Part shown: positions 1 through 10,003 of the stretch, one piece after another
How positions within the stretch are numbered: position 1 is the first letter of the stretch
Layout of the letters: each line of letters opens with the position of its first letter
Assembly (NCBI GenBank): GCA_965218795.1
Contig: OZ244653.1
Location: forward strand, 352,001-416,000
Origin: a bacterium
GTDB lineage: Bacteria; UBA8248; JACPRG01; G963555815
Length of the DNA: 64,000 nt
Reading direction: 5' to 3'
The notes under the pieces: generated by a model
Database searches by the model: none
The model's input: the letters and a program-made list of their open reading frames with translations, nothing else
What the model was told of the DNA's origin: nothing
Program-made: the position numbers and the translations under genes

Positions 1-315
1 GCAATCTTCATAGCCAACAGTCTGCTTTCCGGACGGGAGGAAGGTCAATTCTGGCTGAAGTCAGTTCCCCTGAACAGGGCTCTCCTGTTTTTGCCGCTTG
101 GTTTTTTCTCGTCGATTGGATTTATCGTGTACTATTCCGCGCTGCAGGTCGGACAAGTAGCGGTTGTGATCCCATTGGTGCAAACGGCGCCCTTCTTCGC
201 GATTATCCTGTCCCGACTGCTCATACAAAAACACGAGGGTGTGAACCTTCGTCTGGTCGTGTCGGCTGTCGCCGTCGTCCTTGGAGCCTTTTTCATTACG
301 GTGGGCCGAGGCTGA
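1..315 (+). CDS. EamA/DMT family transporter, 5'-truncated by window edge
   Basis: Frame 1 is open from base 1 to TGA 315. Hydrophobic; C-terminus (PLVQTAPFFAIILSRLLIQKHEGVNLRLV) closely matches the two downstream EamA paralogs. Confidence 0.85.
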   Translation, partial: AIFIANSLLSGREEGQFWLKSVPLNRALLFLPLGFFSSIGFIVYYSALQVGQVAVVIPLVQTAPFFAIILSRLLIQKHEGVNLRLVVSAVAVVLGAFFITVGRG

Positions 316-448
316 GCCAGGCGCCCCTCACTCTGTTGCGTTCAGCTCCCCGGCCGGATTCTGTTGAGAGCGGCCGCGGGATTTTTTCTTCTTCCTTCGG
401 CAATCGCCGACAGGCGGTCAAGAACCTCTTTTCCAATGGCCCGACTTC

Positions 449-1327
449 ATGGAAGCGACCCTCTTTGCTCTTTTGACCGCCGTGTGCATTGGAGCGGGAG
501 ATTTTTCCGGACATTTCGGCCTCCGACACCTCAAGGCGCTTCCCGGCGCCTTCTTCGCCCTGTGCTTCCAACTCATCACGATTTCAATCGCGATCGTTCT
601 GCTGATCTCTTGGGAGATTGCAGACTGGCGGGGGCCGGTCTTTATGCTGTTTTCCGGGATTCTCCACCCCGGGGTATTTTTCTTTGTGCTTCTTACGGCC
701 ATCGATCGGCTGGGTCCGGCGCGCGCCGTGACCCTGAAGGCGACCTCCCCCTTTTTCGGGGTGGCCGTCGCAATCTTCCTCCTGGGAGAGCGGCCCGATT
801 TTCAAGTATTCGCGGGCCTTTTTCTCGCCGGGGGAGGCGTCATGTACCTGTCCTCGGAGAAGAGAGAGAAGGTCTCGGGCAAGTGGGGCTTCATTTTCCC
901 GCTCACCGCGGCTTTCCTGAGCGGACTCGCTCCCAACGTGGCCAAGATCGGTCTGCGATATCTGCCGAACCCCATGCTGGGACCTTTCTTCGCCGTCAGT
1001 GGCGGCATTGTAACGCTGTTCATCGTCAATACGTTTCTCTCGCGTGGCGAAGAAGGGGCTTTCTGGCTGTGGAACTCACCGGCCAAGGGCATTGTCATGT
1101 TCATCCCGATGGGCATACTTGCGGCCTCGGGATGGATTTTCTACTTTACGGCGCTCCTGTACGGTCCCGTCTCTCAAGTCATGCCGCTCGTTCACACGGC
1201 GCCATTCGTAGCGATGTTGCTCTCGAGAATCCTGATCCAGGAGCACGAGCGCGTGAATTTGCGACTGGTCTTATCGGCGCTCAGCATTTTTGCAGGCGTG
1301 TTCTTGATCACCATGGGGAAGGCGTGA
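449..1327 (+). CDS. EamA/DMT family transporter
   Basis: 292 aa, about 10 TM segments in two repeats; 'SPFFGVAVAIFLLGERP' EamA-type motif. Confidence 0.9.
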   Translation: MEATLFALLTAVCIGAGDFSGHFGLRHLKALPGAFFALCFQLITISIAIVLLISWEIADWRGPVFMLFSGILHPGVFFFVLLTAIDRLGPARAVTLKATSPFFGVAVAIFLLGERPDFQVFAGLFLAGGGVMYLSSEKREKVSGKWGFIFPLTAAFLSGLAPNVAKIGLRYLPNPMLGPFFAVSGGIVTLFIVNTFLSRGEEGAFWLWNSPAKGIVMFIPMGILAASGWIFYFTALLYGPVSQVMPLVHTAPFVAMLLSRILIQEHERVNLRLVLSALSIFAGVFLITMGKA

Positions 1328-1439
1328 ATACAGCCTTGGATTTTCGTTGTTTGCGGATTATCATGGAGACTCTTCCAGTCGGCTATCCCATCTGAAGACG
1401 GGACATTGGAACGATCCTCCAGAAGAAAGGGGGGAAGCG

Positions 1440-2282
1440 ATGACCTTTACACTGGCCCTGATTCAACCCATGGGCTACCCGCCGCCCGATGACGAGAACA
1501 ACGTGGCGGACGCGGTGGAATACGTCGAAAAGGCGGCCGCCGCGGGAGCCGAATTCGTTGTGTTTCCGGAATCCTATCCTGGCCCGTGGCGTATGCCCGC
1601 GACGTTCGATCCCACAGAGGCCATGACCGATGTGGCCAAGCGGTGCGGCGTCTACGTGCAGTACGGAAGCCTGGAGCCCATCGACGAGGAGGAACGAACC
1701 GCCTACAGCGTGGTGGTGCTGGCTCGACCGGGCGGAGGAACCCCGGGTCTTTACCGCAGGACGCACCCGCCGGGCCCGTGGATTTATACCGGGGGGCGGT
1801 ACTGGGATTACAACTACGTCGCGGGCGATGAGTTTCCCGTTTTCGAGACCGAGCACGGTGAGGCGGGTTTGGCGCTTTGCAGTGAGGTGTACATGCCCGA
1901 GGTGACCCGTGCGCTCGCCTTGCGCGGGGCGGAGATCCTTTTCCTTCCGGCGGGGGTCGACAAGCAGGCGCTTTGGGGGACGTGGCGGAACCTCATTTGG
2001 TCACGGGCCATCGAGAATCTCGCAGTGGTCGTGACGACCCAGAACCTTTTTACGCCGCGGGAAAAGGGACTCGCCATGGTCGCGACCCCCGAGGAAATCG
2101 TGTTCGAGACGACCCAGAGCGGTATGTTCCTGGTGGATGTCGATCTGGACCGGGTTCGGGAGTTGCGGGTGCTGAGGGATGAGGTCGATTCCATCAGCAT
2201 GAATGCGGCCAAGGCCGGCGTCCTGTCTCAATGGCAGCGGCCCGACATGTACGAGAAAATTTTTCCCAGCCCGACGGGCTAG
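1440..2282 (+). CDS. Carbon-nitrogen hydrolase (nitrilase superfamily)
   Basis: Motifs LALIQ, VFPES (catalytic Glu), YRRTH (Lys position is Arg), LCSEVYMPE (catalytic Cys), SRAIEN. ATG 1440 follows a purine-rich RBS. Confidence 0.88.
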   Translation: MTFTLALIQPMGYPPPDDENNVADAVEYVEKAAAAGAEFVVFPESYPGPWRMPATFDPTEAMTDVAKRCGVYVQYGSLEPIDEEERTAYSVVVLARPGGGTPGLYRRTHPPGPWIYTGGRYWDYNYVAGDEFPVFETEHGEAGLALCSEVYMPEVTRALALRGAEILFLPAGVDKQALWGTWRNLIWSRAIENLAVVVTTQNLFTPREKGLAMVATPEEIVFETTQSGMFLVDVDLDRVRELRVLRDEVDSISMNAAKAGVLSQWQRPDMYEKIFPSPTG

Positions 2283-2343
2283 ACCATCCGCATAGCTGGC
2301 GAGGCACGCCGGAGGGCGCGCCGATTCAACCCGGGAAGGTGTC

Positions 2344-3222
2344 ATGTCCGCATCGGCGTTTGCCCTCCTGGCCGCGGTCATCATCGGGGTCGCAGAATTC
2401 CTTGCGCACTTTGGCCTCCGGCGAGTGAAGCCTCTCGCGGGCGTCTGGCTGGCCACGGGGTATGCAATCCCCACCCTGCTCGTTATTTTGGCTCTTCGCG
2501 GGCGATGGGGAGTCGGGGCCTGGGAGGGAGTCGCGCTGTTCGTCCTCGTCGGGATCCTCCATCCGGGCGGCTACTTTTTCGCGCTATTCAATGCCATTCA
2601 ACGGATCGGACCATCGCGGGCCATCACGATTCGGGCTACCTCCCCCCTGTTTGCCGTCGTCTTCGCAGTCGGATTTTTGGGCGAGAGGCCAACCCTCCCC
2701 GTGTATCTGGGTATTGTCCTGATCATCTTCGGCGTGATGTTCCTGACTTGGGGTGGAGAAAAAGTGAAGGCCCAGCGCACGGGGTGGTGGTTCGGAATTT
2801 TGGCCTCTTTCTTCTCTGGATTGGCCCCGGCCTTCACCAAAGGCGCGTTGCGATACTGGGACGACCCCATTTTGGGCGTATTGTTCGCGCTCATCAGCGG
2901 ATTGATCTGCATCACTGCGGTCAATTCCTTTGTCGAGCGAACGTCCGAGGAGGGCCTGTGGGTACGGACCATTCCCTCCAGGGCCTATCTCCTGTTCCTC
3001 CCCACCGGAATCTTGACGGGCGCGGCGTATAGCTCCTGGTTCTTCGCCCTCTCATTGGGTCCCGTCTCCACAGTCATCCCGATCATGCAGATGTCGCCGC
3101 TGTTCGCCATCCTGATGTCCCGATTCTTTCTTCAAAAGGAAGAACGCGTCAACACGCGGCTTGTGACGTCCGCGCTCGTGATCATTTGCGGGGCCGTACT
3201 CATCACGCTGGGGCGCGCATGA
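2344..3222 (+). CDS. EamA/DMT family transporter
   Basis: 292 aa paralog of 449..1327 (GILHPG, SPLFAVVFAVGFLGERP, EERVNTRLV). Confidence 0.9.
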   Translation: MSASAFALLAAVIIGVAEFLAHFGLRRVKPLAGVWLATGYAIPTLLVILALRGRWGVGAWEGVALFVLVGILHPGGYFFALFNAIQRIGPSRAITIRATSPLFAVVFAVGFLGERPTLPVYLGIVLIIFGVMFLTWGGEKVKAQRTGWWFGILASFFSGLAPAFTKGALRYWDDPILGVLFALISGLICITAVNSFVERTSEEGLWVRTIPSRAYLLFLPTGILTGAAYSSWFFALSLGPVSTVIPIMQMSPLFAILMSRFFLQKEERVNTRLVTSALVIICGAVLITLGRA

Positions 3223-4820
3223 CATCCTCCGAACCTCGTCAAAAATTGCCTTACTTTGTCCGGGGGGATCTGGACGGGTTCTTCGGTCTGCTGCTCGATA
3301 ACCTCGTCAATATGATGCTCATCGTCAGCCTGTGCACTGGCCTGCTGGGCATGCCCCCGTCGCTGGTGTTCGGTCGGATCCTGCCCGGCGCGGCGGTATC
3401 CATCCTTCTGGGCAACCTCTTTTACGCCTGGCAGGCACGGCGTGTGGCCCTCCGCCACGGGCGGGATGATGTGACCGCCTTGCCGTACGGCATCAACACG
3501 GTGTCCTTCTTTGCCTTTATCTTTTTCATCATGCTCCCGGTGTATCGGGCGACGGGGGACGGGGTGCTGGCGTGGAGGGTCGGGCTGCTGGCCTGCTTCG
3601 TGAGCGGCTTGATCGAGTTCTTGGGGGCTTTCATCGGAGAATGGATTCGCAGGATGACGCCGCGGGCAGCGCTGCTCTCGACACTCGCGGGAATTGCCGT
3701 GACGTTCATCGCGGTCGAGTTCGCATTCAAGATATTTGAGTCGCCCCTCGTCGCCTTGGTACCTCTGGCCATTCTGCTCCTGCAATACCTCTCCCGGGTG
3801 ACCCTTCCGTGGAAGCTGCCGGCGGGTCTCTGGGCCGTCGCGGTCGGAACGGCTTTGGCCTGGGCGCTGGGCGAAGTCAGGGGGGGAGAAGGGGAGATGG
3901 GCGCAGGGATTTTCCCGCCCGTATCCTCCGTCGGGGACCTTTTCTCCACCATGACGGGGGGCAACCTGTTGCCCTATCTGGCGGTCATCATCCCGATGGG
4001 CGTGATGAACGTCGTGGGTTCCTTGATGAATATCGAAAGCGCGGAGGCCGGCGGCGATCCGTTTGACACCCGCTCCTCTCTGGCCGTCAACGGGATCGGA
4101 AGCGTCCTGGGCTCGCTGCTGGGGAGCTGTTTTCCCACGACGATTTACATCGGCCACCCCGGATGGAAGGCCTTGGGGGCGCGGACGGGGTATTCGACGT
4201 TGAACGGTGTGGTCATCACGGTTCTGTGTCTGACGGGTACCGTTCATTGGGTCTTCGCCGGCGTGCCGCAGGCGGCCGCGATCGGCATTCTGGTCTGGAT
4301 TGGCATCGTGATGGTCGCCCAGGCGTTTCAGAGCGTGCCCGGCCGTCACGCGCCCGCGGTGGCTGTGGGTCTGTTCCCGGCGCTGGCCGCTTGGGGGCTG
4401 CTGTTGGTTCAGGGCGCCCTGGAGTTGGCGGGAACGTCCCTGTCCGCGCTCGGCCGGAAGGCTTTCGAGGGGTCGCTGGCGATTCGCGGTATGATTGTTC
4501 TGGAGCGCGGGTTCCTGTTCAGCTCGATGATCCTCGCGGCCATCTCGGTGTTTCTGACTGACCGCCGGTTTCGGACGGCGTCCGGGTGGGCGCTCTGTGC
4601 CGCAGTCTTATCGTTCTTCGGCGTGATTCACGCCTACGAGATTGCCCCCGGGGGAGTCGTCAGCCGGTTCGGCTTCGCCGTCGCGCCGCGCATTGCGCTG
4701 GGCTATCTTTTGATGTCCGCGCTTTTTTTCGGCGTTGGGCTCTGGTGGGGGAAGAAAGAACCGGGGAGCTGGCCGGAAGACTCAATCAACTCGAAGCTCG
4801 ATAGAAGGCCCGAGGGATAA
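3219..4820 (+). CDS. NCS2/AzgA-like nucleobase permease
   Basis: GDLDGFFGL, TALPYGIN, NIESAEAGGD and FPTTIYIGHPGWKALGAR motifs; many TM segments; ATGA overlap with upstream stop. Confidence 0.85.
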   Translation: MTSSEPRQKLPYFVRGDLDGFFGLLLDNLVNMMLIVSLCTGLLGMPPSLVFGRILPGAAVSILLGNLFYAWQARRVALRHGRDDVTALPYGINTVSFFAFIFFIMLPVYRATGDGVLAWRVGLLACFVSGLIEFLGAFIGEWIRRMTPRAALLSTLAGIAVTFIAVEFAFKIFESPLVALVPLAILLLQYLSRVTLPWKLPAGLWAVAVGTALAWALGEVRGGEGEMGAGIFPPVSSVGDLFSTMTGGNLLPYLAVIIPMGVMNVVGSLMNIESAEAGGDPFDTRSSLAVNGIGSVLGSLLGSCFPTTIYIGHPGWKALGARTGYSTLNGVVITVLCLTGTVHWVFAGVPQAAAIGILVWIGIVMVAQAFQSVPGRHAPAVAVGLFPALAAWGLLLVQGALELAGTSLSALGRKAFEGSLAIRGMIVLERGFLFSSMILAAISVFLTDRRFRTASGWALCAAVLSFFGVIHAYEIAPGGVVSRFGFAVAPRIALGYLLMSALFFGVGLWWGKKEPGSWPEDSINSKLDRRPEG

Positions 4821-4841
4821 TCCCTTTTGAGGGGTCAGCGC

Positions 4842-5456
4842 ATGCCCGATGAGATGAACCGGAAGGATTTCCTGAAGAAAGGATGGATGGGCCTGTTCGC
4901 GCCCTTCTTCCAGGAGGTGGACAAGGACGCATGGCTCCCCCCGGAGGATTTTACGGAACCCAGCCGCCCCATGCGGCCTCCGGGGGCGATCCGGGAGCCC
5001 GAATTCCTCGAGACCTGCCACCGCTGTGGAAAGTGCGTCGAAGCCTGTCCCGCCGACGCCATCCGTCTCGCCTACGATGGTGAGGCCCTGCCCGCGCAGA
5101 CCCCCATTGTCGTCGCCGCTGAGTCCCCCTGCGTGGTTTGCGATTCGCTGGCCTGTATGGACACGTGTCCTTCGGGGGCGCTTCTGCCTGTGCCCCGTGA
5201 ATCCATCAAAATGGGCGTGGCCCGCGTCAACAGGGAAACCTGTTTTGCGTGGAACGGGGAAGATCCGGAATGCCAGGTCTGCGTCGATATGTGCCCGTTC
5301 AAGGGCTCCGCAATCACGATAGACGATTCGAGCCCGGACGGCACGACGGGTCCCGTGGTTCACGATGAAGCATGCACGGGGTGCGGCGCTTGCGAGTACT
5401 ACTGCCCTGATGGGCGATCGGCCATCATCGTCGACCCGCTCATCAGGCGCACCTGA
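4842..5456 (+). CDS. NapG/MauM-like poly-4Fe-4S ferredoxin
   Basis: RPPGA, CHRCGKCVEACP, CVVC..CMDTCP, CQVCVDMCP and CTGCGACEYYCP motifs. Confidence 0.85.
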   Translation: MPDEMNRKDFLKKGWMGLFAPFFQEVDKDAWLPPEDFTEPSRPMRPPGAIREPEFLETCHRCGKCVEACPADAIRLAYDGEALPAQTPIVVAAESPCVVCDSLACMDTCPSGALLPVPRESIKMGVARVNRETCFAWNGEDPECQVCVDMCPFKGSAITIDDSSPDGTTGPVVHDEACTGCGACEYYCPDGRSAIIVDPLIRRT

Positions 5457-5486
5457 TCCTCACCATTTTATTGTATTCGGAAATAA

Positions 5487-7208
5487 TCAGGCGGATTCAG
5501 ACGAGGTGGAGAGGCCCTTGATCGTCATTTCCAACTCTTCGTAGATCTCCCTCATCTCGTCCTTGATTGTAGCCGGCAGGTGACTCAGACGCTCCCTGGC
5601 GTCGGCGAGGACTTGGGCCGCATGCGCCAACCCTTCCTGCCGTTCCTGCTGATACGCCTCGCGCACTCGCTGGATGGCCGTTCGGACAAAACCGCTGAAT
5701 TCGGCCGCGGCCAGCCTTTCCTGCGTCAGCTCGTAGAAATGCAGGCCGACGATCCCCTGCCGGACGCCGTCGACGAACCGGGAGGGATACTTGCAGAGTA
5801 TGCGGAAGAGAAACTTTCCATACGACCAGCCGTATTTCGAGGTTGGAATCATCAGGAGGGACCTCAGGAAGGCCCAGAACCTGCGGAAGGTGAAGGGCGC
5901 GTTGGCGATGAGGTTGCCTTCCAGGTTCTCGTACATGGTTTCGACCCTGCGGAAGTAGTTCTCCGGCTTCCCGTAGATTTCATGCAGGACGTTCTTGTAC
6001 GCTTTCACCAGGGCGTCCGGATCCTGGATCGTCCGGAAATTGAATGCGAATTCAAAGGTGTTGTTGCCTTCGCGTGTGGCGTCGGTCTCCAGGAGGCGAT
6101 CTTCATCTTTGAGCCGGTCGTACAGGGGGCTGCTCGGTATGGCCGTCAGCAGGCCGGCCATGGCGACGGGAACCCCCGAGTCCTGAATGAAGTCAATCAG
6201 GTGACGGTCGATATCGAGGGGGTCGTTGTCGAACCCGATGATGAAGCCGGCCATGACTTCCATTCCGGCCTTCTGGATCTTATGGACGGATTCCAGGAGA
6301 TCGTATTTGACGTTCTGAAGCTTCTTGGTTTCCTTCAGGCTGTCGTCGATGGGCGTCTCAATGCCCAGGAATACGCTGTCGAACCCGGCCTCATTCATGA
6401 GTTCCATCAGTTCCTCGTCCCCCGCCAGATTGACGCTGGCCTGGGTGTAGAACTGAAAGGCCATGTCGTGCTTTTTCTGCCACTCGATCACGTGAGGCAG
6501 GATCTGCCGGCAGGATTTCTTGTTCCCGATGAAGTTGTCATCCACCCAGAACACACTGCCGCGCCAATTCCGCGCGTAGATGAGATCAAGCTCCTCCAGC
6601 GTGCGCTCGATCGATTTGTAGCGGGTCGTCTTGCCGAAAAGGGTCGGAATGTCGCAGAACTCACACTTGAAGGGGCACCCGCGCGACATTTGCAGGGCCA
6701 TTGATACATAGTTCTTCATGTTCAGGATGTCGTAGCGGGGGAGCGGGGCCTCGCTGATACCCGGCGAATCGTCTCGAAGATCCAACACGATGCGCTCGTC
6801 CGCCTTGAGAATTTCGTTCAGGCCATTGAGAAAAGTCGGGCTTTCCGCCTCACCCAGAACCAGATGGGCCTCGGGGGGAAGCTCCTGGCTGGAGGACGTG
6901 GCGTCCGGTCCGCCGATGACGACGGGCACGCCGGCCTTCCCGCACCGGCGGACGATCTCCTGGACATAGGGGCGTTGGATCATCATCCCGCCGGTCAGGA
7001 CGATATCCGCCCAGCCGAGGTCGCGGTCGGACAGATTCTGAACGTTCTGATCGACCAGCCGAACCTCGTAATCCTCGGGCAGCATCCCCGCCACGGTCAA
7101 AAGACCCAGGGGGGGGTGCGTCGCGCGGATTCCCAGAAATCGGAGCGCCCTCTGATAGCCCCAGAAAGTCTCCGGGAAGTTCGGGTAGATCATCAAGACT
7201 CGCGGCAT
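5487..7208 (-). CDS. B12-binding radical SAM protein (DUF4070/HpnP-like family)
   Basis: N-terminal YPNFPETFW..PPLGLLTVA cobalamin-binding domain; SRGCPFKCEFC (CxxxCxxC); VDDNFIG; GIET. Confidence 0.9.
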   Translation of the reverse strand: MPRVLMIYPNFPETFWGYQRALRFLGIRATHPPLGLLTVAGMLPEDYEVRLVDQNVQNLSDRDLGWADIVLTGGMMIQRPYVQEIVRRCGKAGVPVVIGGPDATSSSQELPPEAHLVLGEAESPTFLNGLNEILKADERIVLDLRDDSPGISEAPLPRYDILNMKNYVSMALQMSRGCPFKCEFCDIPTLFGKTTRYKSIERTLEELDLIYARNWRGSVFWVDDNFIGNKKSCRQILPHVIEWQKKHDMAFQFYTQASVNLAGDEELMELMNEAGFDSVFLGIETPIDDSLKETKKLQNVKYDLLESVHKIQKAGMEVMAGFIIGFDNDPLDIDRHLIDFIQDSGVPVAMAGLLTAIPSSPLYDRLKDEDRLLETDATREGNNTFEFAFNFRTIQDPDALVKAYKNVLHEIYGKPENYFRRVETMYENLEGNLIANAPFTFRRFWAFLRSLLMIPTSKYGWSYGKFLFRILCKYPSRFVDGVRQGIVGLHFYELTQERLAAAEFSGFVRTAIQRVREAYQQERQEGLAHAAQVLADARERLSHLPATIKDEMREIYEELEMTIKGLSTSSESA

Positions 7209-7325
7209 GATTTCTCCTGTTCGCAGACTTTATACACGGGTTTCTCGCTTCCCCCCAGTATCTCAATGGTTCCACGGTTGTACGGCCAGCGCAGAGACAA
7301 AGGCGGGCTGACAGTTGCGACGGGG

Positions 7326-9620
7326 CTACGCCGTCGCTGACCCTTTCTCTTCTAATCCCATCATCACCTTTTCCGGCGTGATTGGCAAGGATGCAATTCG
7401 CACGCCAACGGCGTGATAGATGGCGTTCGAGACGGCCGCGGCCGTAGGCACGATCGCGGGCTCGCCTACGCCTTTGGCGCCGTAGGGGCCTGTCGGCTCG
7501 GACGATTCGACGAAAAAGCTCTCGATATCCGGAACGTCCTGCATGGTGGGAATTCGATAATCGTAAAAATTGGGGTTGACCACGCTGCCGTCCCCCATGG
7601 TGATGTCTTCCATGAGGGCGTACCCCAGCCCTTGGGCCACGCCGCCCTCGACTTGGCCCTCGATCGCCAGCTCATTGATCACCCTGCCCACGTCGTGGCC
7701 CGCGATAAACCGCAGGATCTTCACGAATCCGGTCTCCGTATCCACTTCCACCTCCGCGACGTGGGCGGCAAAGGAATACCCGGTGGAAACGTTGCCGTAC
7801 TTGTTCGGCGCAGGAATCACGACGTCGGGGGGAGAAAAGGATCCGATGCCCATGATGGGATTGCCCGCCGCGGAAAAGGTCGCCGTGCGGGCCACCTCTC
7901 CGACGGTGATCTTCCGATCTGGATGCGCCTTGACGTAAACCTCTCCGGACGCGAGGTCCAGGTCGTCCGGGCTGCACTCGAGCAGGTTCGCCGCATGGTC
8001 CACAATCTGACGCTTCGCATCCCGGGCGGCGTTCAGGACCGCGTTGCCTCCCAGCGTCGTCGTCCGGCTGGCGAAGGCCCCCAGGCAGGCGGGCGTGATG
8101 TCGGTGTCCACATTGGAAACCCGCACCGACTCCATCGGCAGGGACAACTCCTGGGCCGCGATTTGGGCCATGACGGTCCGGGAGCCCTGCCCGTAATCCA
8201 CTTCTCCGGTCAGGACATAGACGTTCCCGTCCTCATTGACCTGGACCTGTGCGGAGGAGCCGTCGAATTCCTTGAAGAACCCCCGAAATCCGGAAACGTG
8301 AATGCAGCTGGCCAAACCGACGCCCCGGCGATACCTGCCATTGACGCCCGAGGCATCCCTTCTTCGCTCGGGCCATTCAATCGACCTCATTGCGTTTTCA
8401 ATGCATTCCCTGAGTCCGGTGCTGCCAATATAGAACCCGTGGGTCGTCGTGTCGTCCTTTTGGACGATATTTTTGAGGCGCAGATCGGCCGGGTCCATCC
8501 CAAGCTCTTCGGCGAGCATGTCCATGGTGGACTCCAGGGCGAAGGCCCCTTGTGCGTTGCCGAACCCGCGGAATCCTCCGGAAGGCGCTTTGTTCGTATA
8601 GACCAGCCGATACCGGCTCCGGATGTTGGGAATCCGGTACATGTTGTCGATGCGGTAGGCCGCGATGCCGGTGATGGCCGGGGCGTAATCCGTATAGGCG
8701 CCGTTGTCGGCGAGAACGTCCGCATCCTTGGCCAATAGGTAACCCTGCTCGTCCGCCGCCAGCTTGTTGTAGATCGTCATGGCCACGCGGGGCCGGGTGG
8801 CCATGAACTCATCTCCCCGCGTGTGGTCGATGCGGACCGGTTTTTTTGCGTCCTTGGCCAGCAGCGCGGTGATGAGGTGCATGCGGTGCTCCATCTTGGC
8901 GCCGAACCCCCCGCCGATGAACGAGTGAATGATCCGGACGTCCTGCGAGGACATTCCGAGGATCTCAGCGTAGCGCATCTTGCACATCCAAGGGTTTTGG
9001 ACGCCCAGGTGAAGCGTCAGCCGGCCCGTGGGGTCGTACTCGGCCACGGCCGCCATGGGTTCCATGTAGCACTGGTGGACGCTCGATGTCCGGTAGGTGT
9101 TTTCGGCGACGGCCGCGGCCCGGGCGAAGGCGTCGTTCGGGTCCCCGTGGAGGATGTCACCCTGATTGGCGATGTTGTTCTCCACGTCATGGAGGGCGGG
9201 CGCGCCGTGCCGGACCGCCTCGGCGGGCTCAGTCACGAAGGGAAGCTCCTCATACTCGATTTCGATCAGCTCCAACGCCTCTTCCGCAGTATCCGGGTCG
9301 ATAGCGGCGACGGCGGCGATTTCTTCACCCGCGAAACGGACCTTGTCTTTGGAGAGGATGTATTCGTCGGCGATGATGGGTCCGTGCATGATGTTGCGTG
9401 GATCGTCCCCGGTCACGACGGCCTTCACCCCCCGAAGGGCGCGAGCCTTGGAAGCGTTGACGTTCAGGATGCGGGCGTGCGGATAAGGGCTCCGGAGGAT
9501 TTTTCCCCAGAGCATGCCGGGAAGATTCAGATCCGTGACGTACCGGCCGGCCCCCTGGGCCTTTTGCGGCGCTTCCACGGAAGGAACCCGTTTTCCGATA
9601 TAGGTGGTTGAGTCCGGCAT
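7326..9620 (-). CDS. Xanthine dehydrogenase/4-hydroxybenzoyl-CoA reductase family molybdopterin-binding large subunit
   Basis: LRSPYPHA, HQCYMEP, GGGFGAK, FRGFG, GQGSRT, ASRTT, GQVEGG and AKGVGEP motifs; 764 aa. Confidence 0.92.
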   Translation of the reverse strand: MPDSTTYIGKRVPSVEAPQKAQGAGRYVTDLNLPGMLWGKILRSPYPHARILNVNASKARALRGVKAVVTGDDPRNIMHGPIIADEYILSKDKVRFAGEEIAAVAAIDPDTAEEALELIEIEYEELPFVTEPAEAVRHGAPALHDVENNIANQGDILHGDPNDAFARAAAVAENTYRTSSVHQCYMEPMAAVAEYDPTGRLTLHLGVQNPWMCKMRYAEILGMSSQDVRIIHSFIGGGFGAKMEHRMHLITALLAKDAKKPVRIDHTRGDEFMATRPRVAMTIYNKLAADEQGYLLAKDADVLADNGAYTDYAPAITGIAAYRIDNMYRIPNIRSRYRLVYTNKAPSGGFRGFGNAQGAFALESTMDMLAEELGMDPADLRLKNIVQKDDTTTHGFYIGSTGLRECIENAMRSIEWPERRRDASGVNGRYRRGVGLASCIHVSGFRGFFKEFDGSSAQVQVNEDGNVYVLTGEVDYGQGSRTVMAQIAAQELSLPMESVRVSNVDTDITPACLGAFASRTTTLGGNAVLNAARDAKRQIVDHAANLLECSPDDLDLASGEVYVKAHPDRKITVGEVARTATFSAAGNPIMGIGSFSPPDVVIPAPNKYGNVSTGYSFAAHVAEVEVDTETGFVKILRFIAGHDVGRVINELAIEGQVEGGVAQGLGYALMEDITMGDGSVVNPNFYDYRIPTMQDVPDIESFFVESSEPTGPYGAKGVGEPAIVPTAAAVSNAIYHAVGVRIASLPITPEKVMMGLEEKGSATA

Positions 9621-10003
9621 CGGCTATCCTCCTCTTGGATTGATTGTATGAGGCAATCTGGATGAGCGCAACCGGGAAAATGACGTTCAACCTCATCTTG
9701 CCGGAATTTAACGCTTTTTGGGGGTCACTCATGGAAGATTCCGGAAAGAGCCGATGGCTCGGCGTTCTGCCCGGACATCGAGCATTACGCGTCTGGTCAG
9801 ATAGAGGAAGGCCCCCATGTCGAACGCAGTCCCCTCTATCGATTCCCCAGGGGAGCGCGGAAGCTTCGGCCCCTGCATGGAGCCTGGCGCCGGGCAATAC
9901 AACCAACGGAGCAGGCCAAAGCCTGCGCGCTGCCTCCGAAGCCGGGCGGATAGGGATCGCTCGAATCGTGGAAGGGGGAGCACCCATTGCGCTGACGCCG
10001 GCT

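Noticed and set aside
364-1395. Long alternative-frame or antisense ORFs (also 3132-4349, 5580-6704, 7413-8738, 24410-25534, 30638-31948, 46998-48137)
   Set aside because: Arg/Pro/Gly-rich, no motifs, and each overlaps a well-supported gene.
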